64,000 bases of DNA, from assembly GCA_963702005.1 (NCBI GenBank), contig OY969696.1, forward strand, positions 2,656,001 to 2,720,000, given 5' to 3'. Numbering within the stretch: the first letter of the stretch is position 1; each line of letters starts with the position of its first letter. Origin of the DNA: Candidatus Aminicenantes bacterium. GTDB taxonomy: Bacteria; Acidobacteriota; Aminicenantia; Aminicenantales; JAFGBC01. The notes beneath the pieces were generated by a model. It did not search any database. It was not told the origin of the DNA and saw nothing but the letters and a program-made list of their open reading frames with translations. Shown one piece after another: positions 1-8,376 of this stretch. A program made the translations under genes and the position numbers.

Positions 1-1348
1 ACTGGTAGTTGCTGTAGTTGAAGTACCAGGTCGTGAAGTTGTTGGCAATCTGCTGGTTCGTTGTGTTCGTCATGTGGTAGCCGCCGCGCAGGCTCAGCAG
101 CAGGGAGTTGCTGACGCTGTAATCCAGCAGGAAGGCGCCGCTCCAGTTGGGCCAGTCGTAGCCTTCTTTGTTCCAAAGGTAGGTGGCGTTGCCGGTACCG
201 GCGAGGCTCGGCATCGGATCCGCGCCTCTGCGCTTGGAGAAGTTGTCGACGAAGCTGACGCTCAAGCGCATGCCGGCCAGCGGGGCCGCCGTTAACTTGG
301 CCTGGCCGTTCCAAACGTAAATATTCCTCGTGAATGTGTGAGTCGGGTTGCCGGCCTCGCTCAGGAAGTATCTGTCGAACTTCTGGTTGCTGTACTGGGG
401 GTTGAAGGAGCCGAAGAACCACAGCTTGTCCCTGAGGATGTAGCCGCCCAGGTTGAAGACGCCCTCCATGCGATAATAGTCATCCCGATTCTTGCCGCCG
501 TTGAAATAGAGGTCGTCGTCGTTGACGTACTCCCACTTCTCGTCGTCGTAGGGATTCCAGCGGCCGTAGTCGCGGGCCTTGCCCTGCATCATGCGGCCGT
601 TGTTTTCGTAGTAGCCGATGACGTCGCCGTGGAAGCTGTTGCCGCCCGAGCGGGTGATGACGTTGACGACGCCGCCCATCGAGCCGCCGAACTCGGCGTT
701 ATAGCCGGAAGCCGTAACCTTGACTTCCTCGATGATCTCCATGACCGTGCTCTGGGCCCGGGTTCCGAGGTGCGGCTGGGTGATGTCGGCGCCGTCCATG
801 TACCACATATTCTCGGTACCGGTGGCTCCGTCGACCAGCAGGCCGCCTCCGACGTTGTCATACTGAACGCCGGGGACGGTGCTCAGCAGCCCGTCGAAGT
901 TCCGGCTCTTGGGAAGCTTCATGAACACTTCCCGGGTCATGGTCATGCCCTTGACGGTGCTCTTAACGTCGATGAGCGGGCTCATCCCGATGACCGTCAC
1001 CGTCTCTTCGAGGGTGGAAGGCTCCATCGTGACGTTGAGGGTCACGGTCTGAGACAGCTGGAGGACGACCTCTTTCCGGGACAGGGTTTTGAAGCCCTGG
1101 AGCGCGAAGGTCAGCTCGTACAGCCCGGAGGGCAGCTGGAACAGACGGAACGTTCCGGTTTGATCGGTGACGGTGGACGCCTTTCCGACCAGTTTGGGGC
1201 TTAGCGCGTCAACCGTGACGCCCGGAAGCGCATTGCCCTGGTCGTCGGTGACTTTGCCGACGAACTTGCCTTCGGGCGTCATCTGGGCAAAAGCGATCCC
1301 GGCGGCCAGGAATAGCGCAAGCAATGTGAACGTCGTTAATTTACGCAT
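1..1348 (-). CDS. TonB-dependent receptor, Oar-like with N-terminal carboxypeptidase-regulatory-like domain (3' part outside window)
   Basis: Manual translation from ATG at 1348: MRKLTTFTLLALFLAAGIAFAQ signal peptide, then GKVTDDQGNALPGVTV, ETVTV, and plug motif EEVKVTASGYNAEFGGSMGGVVNVIT. GGAG RBS upstream. Not in the ORF track because it runs off the window edge. Confidence 0.9.
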   Translation of the reverse strand, partial: MRKLTTFTLLALFLAAGIAFAQMTPEGKFVGKVTDDQGNALPGVTVDALSPKLVGKASTVTDQTGTFRLFQLPSGLYELTFALQGFKTLSRKEVVLQLSQTVTLNVTMEPSTLEETVTVIGMSPLIDVKSTVKGMTMTREVFMKLPKSRNFDGLLSTVPGVQYDNVGGGLLVDGATGTENMWYMDGADITQPHLGTRAQSTVMEIIEEVKVTASGYNAEFGGSMGGVVNVITRSGGNSFHGDVIGYYENNGRMMQGKARDYGRWNPYDDEKWEYVNDDDLYFNGGKNRDDYYRMEGVFNLGGYILRDKLWFFGSFNPQYSNQKFDRYFLSEAGNPTHTFTRNIYVWNGQAKLTAAPLAGMRLSVSFVDNFSKRRGADPMPSLAGTGNATYLWNKEGYDWPNWSGAFLLDYSVSNSLLLSLRGGYHMTNTTNQQIANNFTTWYFNYSNYQ

Positions 1349-1537
1349 TCTCTGGAAATTCTCCTTTTTTACCCTTCTCTTTCCTCGTCAAAGGATTGAG
1401 GGTAAAAGCCAAATCTTTCTCCCTTTGCCAGGAGCGGCGACAATGAGCCGCTCCAACCCTTTCCCTAAATACCTGAATTTACCCGGATTTACACCTCCTA
1501 TCCCATAGTTCATATCCATTTTTCTAAGATATATTAA

Positions 1538-1553
1538 AGCAAATTTTGTGCCA
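1538..1553 (-). promoter_or_regulatory. sigma-54 (-24/-12) promoter for the TonB-dependent receptor
   Basis: Minus strand reads TGGCAC-AAAAT-TTGCT, matching the RpoN consensus TGGCAC-N5-TTGC(A/T), in an AT-rich intergenic region oriented toward the receptor. Confidence 0.8.
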
Positions 1554-1667
1554 AAAAAGAGAAAAGTTAATTTATATATATTCAACAGGTTAGTAATAAA
1601 ATCAGGCCCATGAAATACGAAATTATGTATTTAATCCAATTATTTGAATTGTCCTAAGTAAGTCGAT

Positions 1668-2321
1668 CTATTTCGTATCCTTGAGTTTCTTCAATTCATC
1701 GAGCTGCCGGCGGTATTGGTCCATCTTTAATATTCCGAAGGTCACCTCTTTATTCAGCGTTTCCAGGGCGCCGATATACCGGTTGCCTGAGAAAGCGGCC
1801 GGATCCAGCCGCCATTCGTTCGGCGGCTTGAAGGCGAAGGCGTATTGGACAAAATATTTATCATATGGATAGGTCCATATTTCAGCCGTGGTGGCCGAGA
1901 TGTCTTCGTCGGATCGATCGGTTCTGACATTCCCCCCGCTGACCCCCTGCTGGACGCTCATCGCCCAATTGTCCGTTTGTTTAGAATCGATCGAAACGGG
2001 CGAGCCGTTGAGGAGATAAATCCGAGCTCTGTCGCAATTCCAGGGCTGCTTGCTGTTGTCCCTTTTATAGGTCTTCATGATGTATTCGATCCGTTTGTCG
2101 AATTCCAGCTTCGACTCTAGGTCGCGGGCTTCCCAGAAGAACTTCTGGAATTCGAGCCGGGCCTGGGGCGACATGTCCTTATAGGCTTCCCGCTCGAAAT
2201 CTTGCATGATAAAATAGTGCTGGGCATACCAGGCGTCCTTGGAAGGCATCGTGTTGATGCCGCATGACGCGAAGGCGATCAGGATCGCCAAACCGCCGAG
2301 GGCCTTCAGGAAATTTTTCAT
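1668..2321 (-). CDS. GWxTD-domain lipoprotein (variant motif)
   Basis: Likely start MKNFLKAL with GGAGG RBS; lipobox FASC; motifs FWEARD, RIEY, PWNCDRARIYLLNGSP and EIWTY match the GWxTD (TIGR04514-like) pattern. Confidence 0.7.
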   Translation of the reverse strand: MKNFLKALGGLAILIAFASCGINTMPSKDAWYAQHYFIMQDFEREAYKDMSPQARLEFQKFFWEARDLESKLEFDKRIEYIMKTYKRDNSKQPWNCDRARIYLLNGSPVSIDSKQTDNWAMSVQQGVSGGNVRTDRSDEDISATTAEIWTYPYDKYFVQYAFAFKPPNEWRLDPAAFSGNRYIGALETLNKEVTFGILKMDQYRRQLDELKKLKDTK

Positions 2322-2406
2322 GGCCGAGCTCCCTCCTTCATTCGAATTCACCCCATTTTGAACATTCATCTAACCCGTTCACACATAGCACATTCACGAC
2401 GGCCAA

Positions 2407-2590
2407 GTCAAATCATCGACACTCATGCTAAGCCGAAAACGGCTTAGTATGAGTACTGCAAGGCTGCTCCCCGGCAGAAGCTCCACCGACTAATGCTCAT
2501 TGGAGCGCCAGTACTCATGAACCGTTTCCGGTTCGTGAGTGCAGGAATGCCGCCTTTCAGGGCGGGGCTTGGCGTCGGCGAACGGGTCAA
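2407..2590 (+). repeat. composite hairpin repeat element, copy A1 (IS200/IS605-end-like, non-autonomous)
   Basis: GTCAA start; hairpin ACTCATGCTAAGCCG-AAAA-CGGCTTAGTATGAGT; ACTGCAAGGCTGCTCCCCGGCAGAAGCTCCA; second hairpin at 2511-2542; ends GAAT-GCCGCCTTTCAGGGCGGGG...GCGTCGGCGAACGGGTCAA. Shared with 6393-6480 and 22905-23020. Confidence 0.8.
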
Positions 2591-2686
2591 CTCGGGAGCG
2601 GCGGTTTTCGTTTTGTTGTTGAGCAGCGACGGAGTTTTAGTGTATTATGAATCACCTTTGATCGACATGAACTTGGAGGCCTAGCC

Positions 2687-4783
2687 ATGAAAGACGTTGC
2701 TCCGGACAAGATAAGGAACGTCGCCGTCACCGGCCACGGTTCCTCGGGCAAGACGACCCTGGTCGCCGGCGCCCTGTTCGATGCGGGGGTCACCACCCGC
2801 CTGACCAAGGTCGACAAGGGGAACACCGTCACCGATTACGATCCCGAAGAGGTCGAGCGGAAAATTTCGATCAACGCGGCCGTCTGTTTCTGCGAATGGA
2901 AAGACCACAAGATCAACTTCGTCGACACGCCGGGCTACAGCAATTTCCTGTGGGACACCCGGACGTGCCTGCGGGCCGTCGACGCCGGTCTGGTCCTTAT
3001 TTGCGGCGTCGCCGGGGTCGAGGTCGGGACCGAAAAAGTCTGGGAAATGTTTGAAGAGTTCGGCCTGCCCCGGCTCTTCGTCATCAACAAGCTCGACCGT
3101 GAAAACGCGAACTTCAAGCGAACCCTCGAGTCCGTCCAGCAGTTCTTCGGGCGCCAGGCCGTCCCGGTCCAGCTTCCGATCGGCGAGGAGAAGGATTTCC
3201 AAGGCGTCGTCAACCTCATCACCAAGAAAGCCTTCCTGTTCGAGAAGGATGAAAGCGGCAAGGTCCGCGAGGAGGCCGTCCCGGCCGCCCTCCGGGACGA
3301 GGTCGAGAGGCGGAACAAGGAGCTGACCGAGCTCGTCGCCGAGAACGACGAGAAGCTCATGGAGAAATATTTCGAAAAAGGCCAGCTCAGCGCCGAGGAA
3401 TTCCAGTCCGGGCTCAAGAGAAGCATCCTCAACGGCCAGCTTTTTCCCGTCTTCGTCGCCTCGGGCATGCTCAACCTCGGGATCCAACCTCTTCTCGACG
3501 GCATCATCGGGCTGCTGCCCTCCCCGCTGGAGAGGAAGGAGATCAAGGCCCAAGTCAACGGCCAGGAGGGCCGGGTCGCGGCCAGCGCCGACGGACCTTT
3601 CAGCGGCGTCGTCTTCAAGACGATCTCCGACCCCTACACGGGCCGGATCTCGCTCATCCGGGTCTTCTCGGGAAAGGTCAACCCGGATTCGACCGTCGTC
3701 AACGCGACCAAGGATACCGATGAGAAGCTCGGCGGTCTCTTTTTCCTCCAGGGGAAAGAGCAGGTCCCGGCCGGCCAGGCCAGGGTCGGCGATATCGTCG
3801 CCACGGCCAAGCTCAAGGTGACCACGACCGGGGATACGCTCTGCATCAAGGGCGCCGGCGTCGTCTTCCCGGCCTTGAAGTTCCCCGAGCCCTCTATCTC
3901 CTTCGCGATCGAGCCCAAGACCAGGGCCGATGAGGACCGGATCTCCCAGGCCACCCATCGAATCACCGAGGAGGACCCGACGGTCCGGATCGAGCGGGAT
4001 CCGGACACGGGCCAGCTCCTCATCTCGGGAAACGGCCAGCTCCACGTCGAGATCATCACCGACCGGCTCAAGAAGCGCTACAATGTCGACGTCGTCCTCA
4101 AGCCCCCCAAGATTTCTTACAAGGAAACGATCAAGGGCCGGGCCGACGTCCAGGGCCGCCACAAGAAACAAACCGGCGGCCGCGGCCAGTTCGGCGACGT
4201 CTGGATCAAATTCGAGCCGCTGCCCCGCAGCAAGGACTTCGAGTTTGAGGACAAGATCTTCGGGGGCTCCATCCCGCGCAATTTCATCCCCTCCGTCGAG
4301 AAGGGCCTCATCGACGCCAAGAAAAAGGGCGTCCTGGCCGGCTATCCGGTCGTCGATTTCAAGGCGACCCTCTACGACGGATCCTACCACGAGGTCGATT
4401 CCTCGGACATTGCCTTTAAGATCGCCGCCTCCAAGGCTTTCAAGAAGGGGATGAAAGAGGCGAAGCCAACCATCCTAGAGCCGATCATGCTGGTCGAGGT
4501 CTACACGCCCGATACCTATATGGGCGATATTATGGGAAACCTCAACGGCCGGCGCGGCAAGGTCCAGGGGATGGAGCAGAAGGGAAGCCTTCGCGTCCTC
4601 AAAGCCCAAGTCCCGATGTCCAAGATCCTCGACTTCGAGCCGACCCTGACCTCGATCACGGGCGGCCGCGGCTCGTTCATCATGGAGTTTTCCCACTACG
4701 AGGAGGCCCCCGCCAACATCCAGCAGAAAATTATCGCCGAGGCCGTCAAGGAAGGCCGGGTCAAGCCCGAGGAAGAGGACTGA
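2687..4783 (+). CDS. fusA: elongation factor G paralog (EF-G2/FusA-like)
   Basis: 698 aa; GHGSSGKTT, DTPG, NKLD, KKQTGGRGQFG and DGSYHEVDSS motifs; not in the str operon. Confidence 0.92.
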   Translation: MKDVAPDKIRNVAVTGHGSSGKTTLVAGALFDAGVTTRLTKVDKGNTVTDYDPEEVERKISINAAVCFCEWKDHKINFVDTPGYSNFLWDTRTCLRAVDAGLVLICGVAGVEVGTEKVWEMFEEFGLPRLFVINKLDRENANFKRTLESVQQFFGRQAVPVQLPIGEEKDFQGVVNLITKKAFLFEKDESGKVREEAVPAALRDEVERRNKELTELVAENDEKLMEKYFEKGQLSAEEFQSGLKRSILNGQLFPVFVASGMLNLGIQPLLDGIIGLLPSPLERKEIKAQVNGQEGRVAASADGPFSGVVFKTISDPYTGRISLIRVFSGKVNPDSTVVNATKDTDEKLGGLFFLQGKEQVPAGQARVGDIVATAKLKVTTTGDTLCIKGAGVVFPALKFPEPSISFAIEPKTRADEDRISQATHRITEEDPTVRIERDPDTGQLLISGNGQLHVEIITDRLKKRYNVDVVLKPPKISYKETIKGRADVQGRHKKQTGGRGQFGDVWIKFEPLPRSKDFEFEDKIFGGSIPRNFIPSVEKGLIDAKKKGVLAGYPVVDFKATLYDGSYHEVDSSDIAFKIAASKAFKKGMKEAKPTILEPIMLVEVYTPDTYMGDIMGNLNGRRGKVQGMEQKGSLRVLKAQVPMSKILDFEPTLTSITGGRGSFIMEFSHYEEAPANIQQKIIAEAVKEGRVKPEEED

Positions 4784-4813
4784 GCGCGGGGGATCTCAGC
4801 CGGGCAAGTCCTC

Positions 4814-6001
4814 TCAGCGCCGCTCCCTGACGAAAACGAGCAGGGCTGCGGCGGCCGCCGTCAAAGCCAGGCTCAGACAGAAGGGCGTCGTCATACCCAC
4901 CCGGTCCCAGAGAAGGCCGGCCAGGAACGAAGCCGGCAGCGCGCAGAAACCGACCACCATCTGGAACCCGCCCAGGCAGCTGGCCCGGAACGAAAGGGGG
5001 GACAGCTCGCAGACCAAGGTCCGCTGGACCGGATCGAGCGCGGCCTTGTGGGCTCCGTAGAGGATGAATAAGGCCGCGACCACGACCGCATTCCGGCCGA
5101 CGAGGACCCCCAGGCAGACCAGGGCCCACAAGCCGAAGGCGATGAACAGGACGGGCTTGCGGCCGACCCGGTCCGAGAGCCTCCCGAAAGGATAGGAAAG
5201 GAAGCTCGCCGTCGCCGTGTAGATGAGGTAGAGAACGGGTACGAAGATGACCTTAAACCCTGCGCCTTTGGCGTAGATGAGAAGGAAAGAATAGCTGAAG
5301 GCGCCCAGGGCGAACAGGGCGTTGAGCAAAATATAAAGCCGGAGATTCGGGCCCAGGTCTTTGAGGGACAAGCCTTTATAAATGCTCCGGCCGTTTGTCC
5401 GGCTTTCCCGTATCCCGGTCAGGATGAGCAGGCTCGCGGCCAGCGAAGGGATGGCCGCCAGGGCGAACAGCAGCCTGATCCCGAGCAGGTTGACGAAGGC
5501 GATACAGATAAGAATCCCGGCGGCGGCGCCCAAGTTGTCCATGGTCCGGAGCAGGCCGAAGTTCCGGCCACGGTTGTCGTCTGTGGAGATGTCGGCGATC
5601 AGGGCGTCTCGCGGAGCCGCCCGGATCTTGCCGGCGCGGTCCAGGACGCGAAAAGGGATGAGGTGCTGCCAGATCGAAGAAGCGGCATAGCCCAAGCGCG
5701 ACAACGCTCCGCATAGATAACCCGCCCAAATGAAGGCCTTGCGCCGGCGCAGCCTGTCCGAAAGATAGCCGGACGCGGCTTGGGAGAGGGAGACGAGCGC
5801 TTCGCCCAGCCCGTCCAGGAAGCCGAGCGCGGACATGTTGGCCTTCAGGACTTGGGTGACGAACAGCGGCCAGATCGGGTAAATGATGTCCGAGCCCATG
5901 TCGTTCAGGAACGAGGCCAGAGCGAAGGTCCGGATCGTCTGCCTTGTTTCCGGCTTTGGGGCGTCCATGTCGGAGATCTTCCGTTCCGGCCGGGGGCTCA
6001 T
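4814..6001 (-). CDS. MFS transporter
   Basis: Multiple hydrophobic helices; motif A GYLSDRLRRRK and GRLSDRVGRK; APRDALIAD. Confidence 0.9.
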   Translation of the reverse strand: MSPRPERKISDMDAPKPETRQTIRTFALASFLNDMGSDIIYPIWPLFVTQVLKANMSALGFLDGLGEALVSLSQAASGYLSDRLRRRKAFIWAGYLCGALSRLGYAASSIWQHLIPFRVLDRAGKIRAAPRDALIADISTDDNRGRNFGLLRTMDNLGAAAGILICIAFVNLLGIRLLFALAAIPSLAASLLILTGIRESRTNGRSIYKGLSLKDLGPNLRLYILLNALFALGAFSYSFLLIYAKGAGFKVIFVPVLYLIYTATASFLSYPFGRLSDRVGRKPVLFIAFGLWALVCLGVLVGRNAVVVAALFILYGAHKAALDPVQRTLVCELSPLSFRASCLGGFQMVVGFCALPASFLAGLLWDRVGMTTPFCLSLALTAAAAALLVFVRERR

Positions 6002-6315
6002 CGGCGGGGCGGCGTCCCCTCGTCCAGGACTTCGCGGACGAGCTTCCGGATTTTTATCAGGGTTTGTTCAAGGGCTTTCCGGCCCTTGGGGGTCGCCTCG
6101 TAGTATTTCCGGACCTTGCCCTTGACGACGGCCCTGCGAACCGTCAGCAGCTTCTCGTTTTCCATGGCATGGAGGAGGGGATAGAGCGTTCCCGGGCCGA
6201 GCTTGTATCCGCGGCGGGCCAGCTCCTCGATCAGCCATAGACCGTAGAAGGGCTCCCGGACGGCGCAATGAAGGATGTGGACCTTGATGAATCCCAAGAA
6301 GAATGGCCGAATCAT
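5998..6315 (-). CDS. PadR-family transcriptional regulator
   Basis: Likely start MIRPFFLGFIKVHILH; GPGTLYPLLH and RKYYEATPKGR winged-helix motifs; stop overlaps the MFS start (ATGA). Confidence 0.9.
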   Translation of the reverse strand: MIRPFFLGFIKVHILHCAVREPFYGLWLIEELARRGYKLGPGTLYPLLHAMENEKLLTVRRAVVKGKVRKYYEATPKGRKALEQTLIKIRKLVREVLDEGTPPRR

Positions 6316-6392
6316 GGCGATCGTCCAGGATGATAGCACACTCCTCGGCGGCCGCCAAACGCTTGAACGCGCGTTGAAGGACCGTAGAATCG

Positions 6393-6480
6393 AGTCCATG
6401 GAGCTTCTGCCGGGGAGCAGCTTTGCAGCACTCATACTAAGCCGCCGGAAACGGCTTAGTATGAGTGTCGAGGGTTTGAC
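6393..6480 (-). repeat. composite hairpin repeat element, copy A2 (inverted, partial)
   Basis: Reverse complement GTCAAACCCTCGACACTCATACTAAGCCG...CGGCTTAGTATGAGTGCTGCAAAGCTGCTCCCCGGCAGAAGCTCCATGGACT aligns to 2407-2491. Confidence 0.8.
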
Positions 6481-6505
6481 AGGCGCGAGGAGCCGAGACT
6501 ATAGT
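6476..6505 (+). promoter_or_regulatory. sigma-70-type promoter for the M14 peptidase gene
   Basis: TTGACA-18 nt-TATAGT upstream of a GGAGG RBS; the -35 coincides with the end of repeat copy A2. Confidence 0.65.
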
Positions 6506-6528
6506 AAAGAATCATTTCAAGGAGGAGG

Positions 6529-8238
6529 ATGAGTCGCATGCGCCTAACGAAAGCCGCCGTTGCCGCCGTCTCGGCCTTCGCCTCTTTATCCTTATTGAGC
6601 GCGTCCGGTCAAATCCCCAGGACGCCCGCCGAAGACTGCCATTTCACCCGCTACAGCCAATCGGACGATATCGCGCTTTTCCTGAGCGTTCTCGACGTCG
6701 CTTCGCCCCGGCTTGCGGTACGTGTCGTAGGGCGGAGCGCGGCGGTGGAATCGTTCCCGTCCCGTGATCTTTTTCTATGCATCTTGACGGCGAACGGCGC
6801 CGGCCGTCCCGCGGACTTGGATAGGACGAAGCCGACCTTTTTGATCACGGCCTCCCAGCATGGCAATGAACAATCGGCCAAAGAGGCGGCCCTCGGCCTG
6901 GTCCGCGATTTTGCCGCAGGAGATCTGGAACGCCTCCTCGACAGGGTCAACGTCCTGGTCATTCCCCAAACCAATCCCTACGGCAACTTTTTCGACATTC
7001 GCTCCAACGAGATCGATCTCGACCTCAACCGGGACCACGTCAAGGTCGAGTCCGAGGAGGTCCGGGCCATTCATGCCGTCTTCAGGGCCTGGCTGCCCGA
7101 AGTCAGCCTCGACGTCCATGAAAAGGGGGACGACTACTACCGTGTTTCGCTCGGGTGCGTCTCGAACATCAATATCGACCAGCGTCTCCAGGATTTCTCC
7201 AGAAATCGGCTTCTGTCCGCGGTCGAGAAGAATCTGACCAAAGACGGCGTGACTTTCCACGAATATCTGGTGACCGAGGAGATGGGAATCAACACCTCGG
7301 CCGGGGCCGCCCTCCGGCCCGAGGACACGGCCGGACGCGAGGAGATGACGCGCTTCAGCACGACGGACCTCAATGACGGCCGCAATAGCCTGGGGATCTT
7401 CCAAACCCTATCTTTCATCCAAGAGGGCGCTTCGCGCCACGACCTGGCGACCTTAGGGGAACGGACGCGCTGGCAATCGCTCGGGATCCGCGCCCTGGCC
7501 GAAGCCGTCGCCGCGAACGCCTCCGAGATCCTCCCGCTCGTCCGGGGCTCGAGGGAGTCCCTGGCGGAAGCGTCCGGGGCCTATTCGAACGTGAATCTCA
7601 TCCATCTCAGGACGGCGTTCGCCCGGGATGAAAACGATCCGACGCTGACCGTCAAGGCTTTCGAAGAGACGGAGACGCCCGTCCGCGGCATCCTCAAGGT
7701 CGACAAGAAAGCCGGCGAGCCCCTCCTGGCGGCGGACATTCTGCCCAATCCTTTTCCGGCGAAACGCAAGGTCGTTACCCGCGTCATCCAGAATTGGTTC
7801 CCGAAAGTCGCGTCGACCGTAAGCGTCGTGCGGCCGCTCGGCTATATCATCCCGGCCGCGCGTCAGGATCTCGTCGAAAACCTGTTGAAGCTGGGTCTCG
7901 AAGTCGACGCGTTCGTCCAGGACGCTTCCCTCGAAGTCGAGGCCTACCGGACGACCGAAGTCGTGCCGGCCAAGTATGACTACCTGGCTCCGGAGCGGAT
8001 CGAGGTCGAGAATAGAGTCTTCTCCACGATCATTAAAAAGGGGGATTATTTCGTTTCCTGCGCCCAGCCCGGCGTCAACCTCATTCCCTGCCTGCTCGAG
8101 CCCCAGTCCGAGTACGGCTTTATTCGCTACTGGAAATTCAAGCTTGTTCCCGAAGCGGGAGATTTCTTCGCCGTCTACCGTCTGGCGCGGCCTCAAGGCC
8201 TGAAAACCGTCGCTTACCGGCGCTGGAGGCTTGACTAA
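6529..8238 (+). CDS. secreted M14-family zinc carboxypeptidase
   Basis: Signal peptide; zinc motif QHGNE, then NPYG, DLNRDH and LDVHE. Confidence 0.85.
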   Translation: MSRMRLTKAAVAAVSAFASLSLLSASGQIPRTPAEDCHFTRYSQSDDIALFLSVLDVASPRLAVRVVGRSAAVESFPSRDLFLCILTANGAGRPADLDRTKPTFLITASQHGNEQSAKEAALGLVRDFAAGDLERLLDRVNVLVIPQTNPYGNFFDIRSNEIDLDLNRDHVKVESEEVRAIHAVFRAWLPEVSLDVHEKGDDYYRVSLGCVSNINIDQRLQDFSRNRLLSAVEKNLTKDGVTFHEYLVTEEMGINTSAGAALRPEDTAGREEMTRFSTTDLNDGRNSLGIFQTLSFIQEGASRHDLATLGERTRWQSLGIRALAEAVAANASEILPLVRGSRESLAEASGAYSNVNLIHLRTAFARDENDPTLTVKAFEETETPVRGILKVDKKAGEPLLAADILPNPFPAKRKVVTRVIQNWFPKVASTVSVVRPLGYIIPAARQDLVENLLKLGLEVDAFVQDASLEVEAYRTTEVVPAKYDYLAPERIEVENRVFSTIIKKGDYFVSCAQPGVNLIPCLLEPQSEYGFIRYWKFKLVPEAGDFFAVYRLARPQGLKTVAYRRWRLD

Positions 8239-8250
8239 GATAGTCGGTCC

Positions 8251-8376
8251 GTCAATCCCCTTCGCGGGAAAATCTTGTCGCTTCATCGTTGAGTAGCCGG
8301 GAGGGACCCGCTCCGGGGACTAGCAGGGCTTTGTCCCCTTCGCGGGATTCCACGGACGTAAGTCCGTGGAGCTTCA
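8251..8376. repeat. hairpin repeat module B, copy B1
   Basis: TCCCCTTCGCGGGA occurs twice (8256-8269, 8334-8347), followed by TTCCACGGAC-GTAA-GTCCGTGGAGCTTCA; near-identical to 19176-19222. Confidence 0.75.

Noticed and set aside
338-1204. Plus-strand ORFs of 288 aa and shorter at the window start
   Set aside because: Antisense shadows of the minus-strand TonB receptor, which the track omits because it runs off the edge.
2681-4390. Long antisense ORFs (e.g. 2681-4390, 10540-12327, 13441-14967, 25393-26961, 41419-42642, 54296-55624, 60260-61591)
   Set aside because: They lie opposite well-supported genes and carry no recognisable motifs; such ORFs are expected from high third-position GC.
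4622-4624. AAG reassigned from Lys to Glu (alternative genetic code)
   Set aside because: AAG encodes invariant lysines elsewhere, for example the P-loop GKT of EF-G and IF-2.
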